In this document: in pieces, positions 19,969 to 27,471 of the stretch
How positions within the stretch are numbered: the stretch's first letter is position 1
Layout: every line of letters begins with the position of its first letter
DNA from: an uncultured bacterium
GTDB lineage: Bacteria > Armatimonadota > SYMT01
DNA: 32,135 nucleotides
Assembly: GCA_964609085.1 (NCBI GenBank)
Contig: CAZSRZ010000057.1
Coordinates: 1-32,135 of the forward strand
Reading direction: 5' to 3'
The notes under the pieces: generated by a model
What the model saw: the letters and a program-made list of their open reading frames with translations, nothing else
The model's database searches: none
What the model was told of the DNA's origin: nothing
Program-made: the position numbers and the translations under genes

Positions 19969-21905
19969 TGTTCGCCCTCGGCCGCGGGCTTGGGCTCCGT
20001 CTGGGGCTCGACAGGCGGCGCGGCCGCGCTGCGAGTAGTCTTGCGGACGGGCGGTGCCGTCGCGACCACCGGAGGCACCGAGGCGGGAACCGACGCGGGA
20101 GCGGTCTCGTGGCCGTTGGCGCCCTTTCGGCGCAGCACCTCTGCCAGGGCCTCGGCCGCCTGCGGACCCAGCCCCGCCAGCATTTCGGCAATCGGCGCCG
20201 GCAGGGTCTGCAGCATGCCGTCAACCTTCTGGCTGAAGCCCATCCCCTGAGCGTACTGGTTGAACATTGCGGACATGGTGGTGGGGTCCCCGTAGATGTT
20301 GTAGTTCCCCCGCGACATGAACTGGCCCAAGGCCTGCGCAAGCGCGACTTGAACTTCGCGATCCGCCTCGATTCGCAACTTGGTGGTTTCGAATTCGATC
20401 GAGGCCCGGTCGAAGGTTTGTCGATTCTCGAGAGCTGCCCGTTCGACATCCACGCGCGCTTGCTCAACGTTCACCCGCTCGCGCTCGACCTCGACTTCGA
20501 CCAGTCGCTGCGCCTTGTCGCCCTGCGCAGCCATCTCGCGGGCACGGGCATCCGCCTCGGCTAACCGCATGCGCGCCTGCGCGTCCAGCTCTGCCGACTT
20601 CTGGCTCGCCTCGGACTTCTTGACGTCGGCGTAGGCCGCGACTTCTGCATCGGTCTGGCGCCGAATGCGATCCTGCTCGACGCCCTGCTTGGCGGCGATC
20701 AGCTTGGTCTCGGCCTCGCGGTCCGCCTGGGCGGTCGCCTGGACGGTGGCGATGAGCTGGTTGGCCCGCTCGCGTTCGGCCTGCGCTGCGAGGGCCGCCT
20801 GCTCGGCCTTGGCGCGGATGGAGTCCTGCTCCGCGATGGCGATGTGCTTCCCTCGCTCCGCCAGTTCAACCGTCTTCACGCGCTCGATCTCGGTCTGCTC
20901 GCGCTCCTGCTGGCGACGGATCAGCGTGCGGTCCCGCTCGATGTTGGCGGTCTCGATAGCGAGGTCGCGGGCGATCTCGGCCTCCCGGATCGCCTGTTCC
21001 TGCGCCAGGGAGAAGGCCTGCTTCTCTCGCGAACGTTCCGCCTGCACATTCGCCACGTCACGCTCCTGGGTGGCGAGTGCTTCCGACCGTTGTCGCTCCA
21101 GCGCCAGCACCTGCTCCGTGGTGCGCACGTTCTGCTCGGTGATCGATTGCTCGGCCAGTTTCTCCAGCCGGTTTCGCTCCACCCGAGCCGCCGCGGTGAT
21201 CTCCGTAATCTTCTTCTTGCCCTGGGCGTCGAAGATGTTCTCGTCGGAGAGGCCGTGCGGATCGGTCTGATCGAGCCGGGAGATGGTCACGGTCTCCAGG
21301 AGAAGCCCGTTCTGTTCCAGCTCTTCCGCAACCAGCTCCTGAACGGCGCTGGCGAAGGTCTTCCGGTCTGCGTGGATCTCCGCCAGTTCCTTCTGGGCGG
21401 CGACCGATCGCAGCGCGGAGACGAGCTTTTCGAACACCAACTCGCCCACCGCCTGTGCGTTGATCGACTTGTGCCCCAGAGACCGGGCCGCCTGCAGGAT
21501 CTGGTCTTCACCGGGGCTGACGCGGATGTAGAACTCTGCCTTGACATCCACGCGCAGGTTGTCCTGGGTGATGAGGGCGTCGGTGCCCATGCGCTCCACC
21601 TCGAGCTTCATCGTTTCGAGGCTGACGGGCACCACCTCGTGCACCACTGGGAACACGACGATGCCGCCGTCCAGGACCACGCGCGCCTTGCCGTGCCCGG
21701 TACGGACGAGCGCCTGGTTGGCCGCCGTCTTCCGGTAGAGCTTCATCCAGCCCGCCACCATCCCGGAGAGGGTGAGCAGTACGCCAAGAACGATCACAAA
21801 CCAGCCCGCGGGCTGTGGGACCACATTCAGTGATCCGAAAACCACCGCCAGTCCGGTCGAGATGGCGGCCACACCCGCCAGAAGCAAAACCGCGCCGAAA
21901 ACCAT
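19965..21905 (-). CDS. flotillin / SPFH (band-7) domain protein, YqiK-like
   Basis: There is an N-terminal TM hairpin, an SPFH domain, a long Glu/Ala/Arg/Gln-rich coiled coil, and a Pro/Ala/Val-rich tail. GGGAGGGAAC lies 5 nt upstream of the ATG at 21905. Confidence 0.9.
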   Translation of the reverse strand: MVFGAVLLLAGVAAISTGLAVVFGSLNVVPQPAGWFVIVLGVLLTLSGMVAGWMKLYRKTAANQALVRTGHGKARVVLDGGIVVFPVVHEVVPVSLETMKLEVERMGTDALITQDNLRVDVKAEFYIRVSPGEDQILQAARSLGHKSINAQAVGELVFEKLVSALRSVAAQKELAEIHADRKTFASAVQELVAEELEQNGLLLETVTISRLDQTDPHGLSDENIFDAQGKKKITEITAAARVERNRLEKLAEQSITEQNVRTTEQVLALERQRSEALATQERDVANVQAERSREKQAFSLAQEQAIREAEIARDLAIETANIERDRTLIRRQQEREQTEIERVKTVELAERGKHIAIAEQDSIRAKAEQAALAAQAERERANQLIATVQATAQADREAETKLIAAKQGVEQDRIRRQTDAEVAAYADVKKSEASQKSAELDAQARMRLAEADARAREMAAQGDKAQRLVEVEVERERVNVEQARVDVERAALENRQTFDRASIEFETTKLRIEADREVQVALAQALGQFMSRGNYNIYGDPTTMSAMFNQYAQGMGFSQKVDGMLQTLPAPIAEMLAGLGPQAAEALAEVLRRKGANGHETAPASVPASVPPVVATAPPVRKTTRSAAAPPVEPQTEPKPAAEGEQ

Positions 21906-21920
21906 GGTCCGTTCCCTCCC

Positions 21921-21957
21921 AGCTCATCCGCGATGAGCTCTTTTTGACTTCTTTTCG
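21921..21957 (+). terminator. hairpin plus T-tract (intrinsic-terminator-like on the plus strand) in the NfeD-flotillin intergenic region
   Basis: AGCTCATC-CGC-GATGAGCT is an 8-bp stem. It is followed by CTTTTTGACTTCTTTTCG. On the minus-strand mRNA the same hairpin sits directly 5' of the flotillin SD. Confidence 0.35.
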
Positions 21958-21993
21958 TAACTACACTAAACGCTCTGAGGATACGATCCGATC

Positions 21994-22009
21994 TTGTCCC
22001 TTGGGACAA
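21994..22009. repeat. 16-bp perfect palindrome TTGTCCCTTGGGACAA
   Basis: It lies 7 nt downstream of the NfeD-like gene's stop codon. There is an adjacent CAATTG. Confidence 0.6.
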
Positions 22010-22015
22010 TTGAAG

Positions 22016-22747
22016 TCAGTCATCCAACAAACCGCGCACACCCGCCACCTGGTAGACGCCGGATCCGCCCTCGACTCCCAGGATCACCACTTCCTCGCCG
22101 GCCTCGAGGCGCTCACCGCTGCTGCGCGCGCGGATCCGGTGCAGCGTGCCGTGCTCGTCGCGGGCGTGGATCGTGCCCTCTGAGTCGGTCACCGCGAAGA
22201 CGACCTTTCCGTGGCGTCCCACGATCTGGTCCCGACGGACCGCGGAGGTCTCGTAGGGATGAAACCACCTCCGCGCCAGCACCGCCAGGGAGCGAGCCAC
22301 GGCGAGGCTAGAGATCAACGTGACCGGCACCGACCAGATCAACGTTGCCGGCCCCGTAGCTCCGGCGATGCGGTGCAGGCTGAGCCCGATCAACCCCCAT
22401 AGGAGCAGCCAAATCTGCAGCATGAGGAAGACGGGTATCGAATGCGCTCCGAAGAAGGTAGCAGCCAGCACCTCCGCCAACCCGCCGGCACCGTGATCGG
22501 CAGAGTGGTCACCCCCGTGGATTTCCCGGTCGTGCTCCATCTCGGTGTCTGCATCCGACTCGATCTCACTGCCGTCCTGGGTCTCGTGGTGGTGCTCGGT
22601 GTCCGAGTCCCCGAAGACACCCCCGGCCAGGCTAAGAATGCCGGTGACAACAAGCAGCACCAACACCAGCGCCAGAGGCAGGGCGTAGACTGCGTTCCAC
22701 CACTCAAAGAGCTGTCGCCACATGATCGGGAACCAGGGAACGAGCAC
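22016..22747 (-). CDS. NfeD-like (YqiJ-like) membrane protein with C-terminal OB-fold
   Basis: Several TM helices are present. The C-terminus IVGRHGKVVFAVTDSEGTIHARDEHGTLHRIRARSSGERLEAGEEVVILGVEGG is an NfeD beta-barrel signature. It sits immediately upstream of the flotillin gene, in the classic NfeD-SPFH pairing. The start is GTG with no strong SD. Confidence 0.75.
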   Translation of the reverse strand: MLVPWFPIMWRQLFEWWNAVYALPLALVLVLLVVTGILSLAGGVFGDSDTEHHHETQDGSEIESDADTEMEHDREIHGGDHSADHGAGGLAEVLAATFFGAHSIPVFLMLQIWLLLWGLIGLSLHRIAGATGPATLIWSVPVTLISSLAVARSLAVLARRWFHPYETSAVRRDQIVGRHGKVVFAVTDSEGTIHARDEHGTLHRIRARSSGERLEAGEEVVILGVEGGSGVYQVAGVRGLLDD

Positions 22748-22919
22748 ACGGGGAGCGATCCCGCCGCAACCCGCGAACCGGGGGACTTACGGATGAAGAA
22801 ACGCCTCCGGCGGAATTAGGTGACGCAGGATCAACTGCGGCCCGGCCGGTGAATCCGGGCATCTCGTCTCGGGAAGAGGTTGCCCCTCACCTGCGATCCT
22901 TCCTGCGGGCGGACGCGAG

Positions 22920-23780
22920 TCAGAAGCGTTCGCCCAGGCGAAGTCGAGAGTGCACGCGAGCATAGAAGCCAGTGCCGCCGAGGGAAACGAAGGTCGCCCT
23001 CAACTCGCTGCGGCGGAAGACGACGCGGTCGCCCGGAGCCAGCGTGTAAGTTTGCTGACCATCGGCAATCAGCAGCGCCGGATCGCTCTGGATGCCCTCC
23101 ATGGTCACCGTAATGGTGTCCTCTGGCGCAACCAGGAGGGACCGCACGTTGAGCGTGTGGGGGCAGATGGGGGTCACCAGCAGGCACGCAACAGCAGGGT
23201 GGACCAGTGGACCACCCGCGGCGAGGTTGTAGGCCGTGCTCCCGGTCGGCGTGGCGACGATGATGCCGTCCGCGGCGTAGGTAGTCAGCGCGGTGGACCC
23301 CGCCTTCACCGCCATCTTCAGCATCCGCAACTGGCTCCGCAACACGATGTCGTTGAGGCCGTGGCAGGTGGCGCGAAGCAGGTCGCCCTGCCACACATCG
23401 GCACTTGCCATCAACCGCTCGTCCAGCATGTACTCCCCGGCCAGCACCTGATCGATGGCTTCGCCCGCCTGCTCCGGGTTAGTCTCCGCCAGAAACCCGA
23501 AGCTTCCGGGACCGCCCGCATGCACGCCCAGCACGGGCGTCCGCGTGGGAGAAGCAAGCCGGTTCGCCGCCAGGAGCGTGCCGTCTCCACCGCACGCCAC
23601 GAGGATATCCACCTCACCCAGGCGCTGCTCGGGAACCTCCTCGGCGCCGGCCAGGGCTGCCAGCGGCGGAGCCGCCACCACCGTCTTTCCGGCTGCCTTG
23701 AGCCGGGTAGCGATCTGTACAGCCGCCTGAGTTGCAGCCTCGCGCTGGCAGTTGGCGATCAGTCCGAAGCGGCGTCCCAT
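22920..23780 (-). CDS. nadK: NAD+ kinase
   Basis: ILVACGGDGTLL is the GGDGT motif, and the NadK C-terminal domain is present. Its ATG directly follows the trxA stop (TGAATG). Confidence 0.92.
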   Translation of the reverse strand: MGRRFGLIANCQREAATQAAVQIATRLKAAGKTVVAAPPLAALAGAEEVPEQRLGEVDILVACGGDGTLLAANRLASPTRTPVLGVHAGGPGSFGFLAETNPEQAGEAIDQVLAGEYMLDERLMASADVWQGDLLRATCHGLNDIVLRSQLRMLKMAVKAGSTALTTYAADGIIVATPTGSTAYNLAAGGPLVHPAVACLLVTPICPHTLNVRSLLVAPEDTITVTMEGIQSDPALLIADGQQTYTLAPGDRVVFRRSELRATFVSLGGTGFYARVHSRLRLGERF

Positions 23781-24107
23781 TCAGTCCACCTCTTCCAACC
23801 CGGCGATCTCCTCGAGCCGGAAACGACTGAGCGGATAGATCGCTCTGCCGATCTCAATTCCGTCGCGGAAGGCGATCACTGTCGGCAGCGTTCGGACGTT
23901 CAGGTCCTCACTGAGATCACTCTCGGCGTCGCTGTCTACCTTATAGAAACGGAGTTCGGCGGCCCGCTGGTCCGCGAAGCGCTCCAGCAGGGGTGCCACG
24001 GCACGGCACGGCCCGCACCAGTCCGCGAAGAAATCGACCAGGACGAGACCCTGCCCCGCGGACACGAGCTGCTCAAACTCCCGGCCATCGATCTTACGGA
24101 TCGGCAT
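23781..24107 (-). CDS. trxA: thioredoxin
   Basis: WCGPC is the active site and the thioredoxin fold is present. I prefer the ATG at 24107 (MPIRKIDGREF...), which has GGAGGG upstream. The track starts the ORF 16 codons earlier. Confidence 0.88.
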   Translation of the reverse strand: MPIRKIDGREFEQLVSAGQGLVLVDFFADWCGPCRAVAPLLERFADQRAAELRFYKVDSDAESDLSEDLNVRTLPTVIAFRDGIEIGRAIYPLSRFRLEEIAGLEEVD

Positions 24108-24323
24108 CCACCCTCGCCCTCCAGCAGGGAGGTACCCCGATCGCGACGGCTGCACGGCGTCGGCACCCCAGCCGGCCGCGACCCGATGATTCTATCCCAC
24201 CCCATCCGGCGCCGCGGTGGCTCGGCTTGGGTGGGTCCCGGCTGAGATCGCATCCGCAGGACGCTCTGAAGGCGGGGACAGCTTCCGCCGAAAAGAGATG
24301 GGCCGCTCCCACCCGATTTACGT

Positions 24324-25916
24324 ATGCCACAACCCCACTGCCGCGCCTGTGAAGAAGTTGTCGAGCCGGGCGATGCTTTTTGCCGGGTCTGTGGCCATGG
24401 CCTGCACGAGGGGCCGGGCGTTGCGGGCGACCTGACCCGCACCCTGATCGAGGCGATTCCCGCGGGGATCTTCACGCTTGATCCGAATGGGCGTGTGCTC
24501 TCGTGGAACCGCACGATGGAGAGCCAGACCGGCCGGCCCCGCCGAGATGCTCTGGGTCGCATCGTGTTCGAACTGCTCACCTGTCTGCAGCCCTTCGTGC
24601 ATCGGATCTCGCGGGTCTCGGACACGGCGCTACCGCTGAGGCTGGACCACGTTTCCCCCCACGAGGAGAGCGACCGGCTACTCTCCTTCTGGTTTGGGCC
24701 AATCTTGCTCGAGTCGGGCACCCCCGCCATCGCTGGTGTGATGGAGGACATGACGCAAAAGATCCGCGTCGACAGCCAGCTCATCCGCTCCGAGCGCCTG
24801 GCAGCGATCGGTGAGCTGGCGGCAGGCGTGGCTCACAACTTCAACAACATCATGGCGGCCATCGGTGGAGACGCGCAGTTGCTGATGCTGGTGGCGGAGG
24901 AGGAGAGCCTGCCGCCCCACGTGGTGGAAGCCGCGCAGCAGATCCGGGAAGAGACGATGAGAGGTGGTCGTATCGCCCACGACCTGCTCTCCTTCGCTCG
25001 CGGTGCGGCACCGAAGATCGGCCATCTGGATGTGCGCGAGACGCTCGAGGACGCCATCCGGCTGATCCGGAATCACCCGGCCGCCCGGGGCGTCGAGATT
25101 TCGCTCACCCATCCGCCCGACCTGCCAAGGGTGGAGGCCGACGCCAACCAATTGCACCAGGTCTTCTTTAACCTGATTTTGAACGCGCTTCAGGCCATGC
25201 CCGGTGGGGGAACGCTCACCGTGAGCCTGCATCTGCGGGAGGATGAGGTCACCCCGGACCGAGGTCGGCTTGAGGTGAAGTTCCACGACACCGGGACCGG
25301 TGTGCCGCCGGAGCGGCTGAACCGCATCTTTGACCCTTTCTACAGCCACCGGGCAAACGGTACGGCAGGCAGTGGCCTGGGACTCCCCGTCAGCCTCACC
25401 ATGATCAAGGGGATCGGCGGCGACATTCACCTCACCAGCGCTGTCGGGATCGGCACCACCGTGACGGTAATCCTACCGATTGTCGAGCGCCGCGCGGAGA
25501 GGCGGGGCCAGCTCAGCCTCAGGCGGCGGGGGCGTGTGCTGGTGGTGGATGGCGACGTGCCGCTGCGACGCACCCTCACCACACTCCTCACACGCCGAGG
25601 TTTCGACGTCACCACCGCCGAGGACGCCGACGAGGCCATCCATCGCCTCCGGGAGTGCCGCGAGGGCGAAGATGGGTTCGGTCTCATCCTCACCGAGATG
25701 ATTCTGCCACGGGGACGAGGGGCCGAGACTATCCGCGAGTTCGGCGCCCTGGCGCCGGATGTCCCCATCGTGGTTCTTACCGGTGCCCCGGAGGATGAGG
25801 CGCATCGTACGGCACTGGAAGCTGGTGCCCTGATCATCTTCAATAAACCCCCGGCCTTCGGCGAACTCCTCTGGGTGGCCGATTCCATCCTGTCAGGCGA
25901 CCAGCAGTCCCGTTAG
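24324..25916 (+). CDS. soluble hybrid sensor histidine kinase (zinc ribbon, PAS, HisKA, HATPase, REC)
   Basis: The N-terminus CRACEEVVEPGDAFCRVCGHG is a CxxC...CxxC zinc ribbon. A PAS-like region follows. The H-box is RLAAIGELAAGVAHNFNN. N/G1/G2 boxes are present (DTGTGV..., GSGLGL). The C-terminal receiver is VLVVDGD...LTEMILP. No TM segments are present. Confidence 0.9.
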   Translation: MPQPHCRACEEVVEPGDAFCRVCGHGLHEGPGVAGDLTRTLIEAIPAGIFTLDPNGRVLSWNRTMESQTGRPRRDALGRIVFELLTCLQPFVHRISRVSDTALPLRLDHVSPHEESDRLLSFWFGPILLESGTPAIAGVMEDMTQKIRVDSQLIRSERLAAIGELAAGVAHNFNNIMAAIGGDAQLLMLVAEEESLPPHVVEAAQQIREETMRGGRIAHDLLSFARGAAPKIGHLDVRETLEDAIRLIRNHPAARGVEISLTHPPDLPRVEADANQLHQVFFNLILNALQAMPGGGTLTVSLHLREDEVTPDRGRLEVKFHDTGTGVPPERLNRIFDPFYSHRANGTAGSGLGLPVSLTMIKGIGGDIHLTSAVGIGTTVTVILPIVERRAERRGQLSLRRRGRVLVVDGDVPLRRTLTTLLTRRGFDVTTAEDADEAIHRLRECREGEDGFGLILTEMILPRGRGAETIREFGALAPDVPIVVLTGAPEDEAHRTALEAGALIIFNKPPAFGELLWVADSILSGDQQSR

Positions 25917-26037
25917 CTCTCTCTTCAGCCGGCAGTTAAGCCAGCCGCTGTTCGAGCTGTTGATCGAGCTAAGGAGTCTCCGGCTTCTTCCCATAATCGA
26001 AATCGTCCCGTCCGCTGCCTGGGTCCCCATCTCTCTC

Positions 26038-27462
26038 ATGCTCTTCCGGCAATCCCAATCGACGTCTCAGCGCATGCAGCAGCGGCCCGACCCCCGGCTG
26101 CTGATGGCCAGCCACCTGCTGCAGATGAGTTCGCTGGAACTGCAGCAGTCGGTCAACCAGGAGTTGAGCGAAAACCCCGCCCTCGAATCGCCGGATGACC
26201 GGCGCTGCCTTGAATGCGAGGCGCTTCGCGGTCTTTGTCCACAGTGCGCCATCCTGTCGGCCCCGGACAACTCGGGGCTCGACCGTTACCTCGCCCAACG
26301 GCAGGGCGACGCCGAAGAGGCGGACCTGCTCGATCTGGTCGAATCTCCGCACGATCTGCGTGACCATCTGCTCGCGCAGTGGGGGGCGGTGGCCTCTGCG
26401 GGGACGGCGATCATCGGTGTGTTCCTGATCAACAACATTGACGAGGACGGCTACCTCCGGTGCGACGTGCAGGATGCTGCCCGCACGCTGCTGGTGGAGG
26501 AGGCGGAGGTGGAGCAGGCTCTGACCCTGCTGCAGTCTCTCGATCCCGCCGGCGTCGGGGCCCGCTCGCTGCAGGAGTGTCTGCTCATCCAGGCGCGCTC
26601 GATGGCGGGCGACCAAGGAATCCCTCGTCACTGCGTGGCGATGATTTCTGATTTCTGGAAGGACCTCGCCGCGGGGCGGTATGCCGCCATGGCCAGAGGC
26701 CTGCGATGCCCCGTCCTTGAGGCGGAGCAAACCGCGGATTGGATCCGACGCAACCTCTGCCCCTACCCCGGCGGCATCTACAGACCCACCTGGGAGCGGA
26801 GCGGTGCCCATCGCTCCGCGGCGGTGCGGCCGGATTTGATCATGCATCTGGAACCGGACGGCCAGCTCGGCCTGACCCTCGCGGGCGAAGAAATGCCGGA
26901 ACTACAGATCAACGGCCACTACGCTCGGATGTTCGAGCGCATGCGCTTTCATCCCGAGCTGTTCTCCGAGGCCGAGCGGAAGCACGTGATGGACTACATG
27001 TCGCGCGCCCGCAACTTCCTTCGTGGGTTGTCCGAGCGTCAGTCGACCCTGCGGAAGCTCGGCGAGATGCTCATCGAGGAGCAAGAGACTTTCCTCAGAA
27101 GCGAACGGGACGAAGATGTGCGCCCGCTCACCCAGTCCCGGATGAGTGCCTACCTGCAGCGCCACGAGAGCACGATCAGTCGCGCGGTGGCGGGCAAGTT
27201 TCTCCAGCTTCCCAGCGGACGGGTGGTCCCCCTGAGCTTCTTCTTCGACCCCTCGCTCGGAGTGCGGAAGCTGGTCGCCAACGTGCTGGCGGCGGAGGAT
27301 CCCCGCTCCCCCTACAGCGACCAGGAGATCACCGATATCCTCCGTCGGCAAGGGGTGCTCATCGCCCGGCGGACGGTTATGAAGTATCGAGAGCAAATGA
27401 ATATCCTGTCGTCCAGGCAGCGAGTGCGCGGTACGAGCGCCGGAGCGCCGGCAGGCCAGTGA
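26038..27462 (+). CDS. rpoN: RNA polymerase sigma-54 factor
   Basis: The N-terminus MLFRQSQS...LLQMSSLELQQSVNQELSENPALE matches RpoN region I. ARRTVMKYRE is the RpoN box. The track ORF starts at a TTG at 25960. Confidence 0.93.
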   Translation: MLFRQSQSTSQRMQQRPDPRLLMASHLLQMSSLELQQSVNQELSENPALESPDDRRCLECEALRGLCPQCAILSAPDNSGLDRYLAQRQGDAEEADLLDLVESPHDLRDHLLAQWGAVASAGTAIIGVFLINNIDEDGYLRCDVQDAARTLLVEEAEVEQALTLLQSLDPAGVGARSLQECLLIQARSMAGDQGIPRHCVAMISDFWKDLAAGRYAAMARGLRCPVLEAEQTADWIRRNLCPYPGGIYRPTWERSGAHRSAAVRPDLIMHLEPDGQLGLTLAGEEMPELQINGHYARMFERMRFHPELFSEAERKHVMDYMSRARNFLRGLSERQSTLRKLGEMLIEEQETFLRSERDEDVRPLTQSRMSAYLQRHESTISRAVAGKFLQLPSGRVVPLSFFFDPSLGVRKLVANVLAAEDPRSPYSDQEITDILRRQGVLIARRTVMKYREQMNILSSRQRVRGTSAGAPAGQ

Positions 27463-27471
27463 GCATAACGC

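Noticed and set aside
22748-22800. sigma-54-like GG-N10-GC element (cGGttCGcgggTTGCg) upstream of the NfeD-like gene
   Set aside because: It matches the consensus only at the GG and TTGC positions. It sits about 18 nt from the GTG start, which leaves no room for a leader or RBS. It is most likely a chance match in GC-rich DNA.
25960-26037. AAGGAG motif and TTG start proposed by the ORF track for rpoN
   Set aside because: No in-frame ATG, GTG or TTG lies within 5-12 nt of AAGGAG. The conserved RpoN region I begins at the ATG at 26038. I treat the upstream stretch as 5' UTR or promoter.
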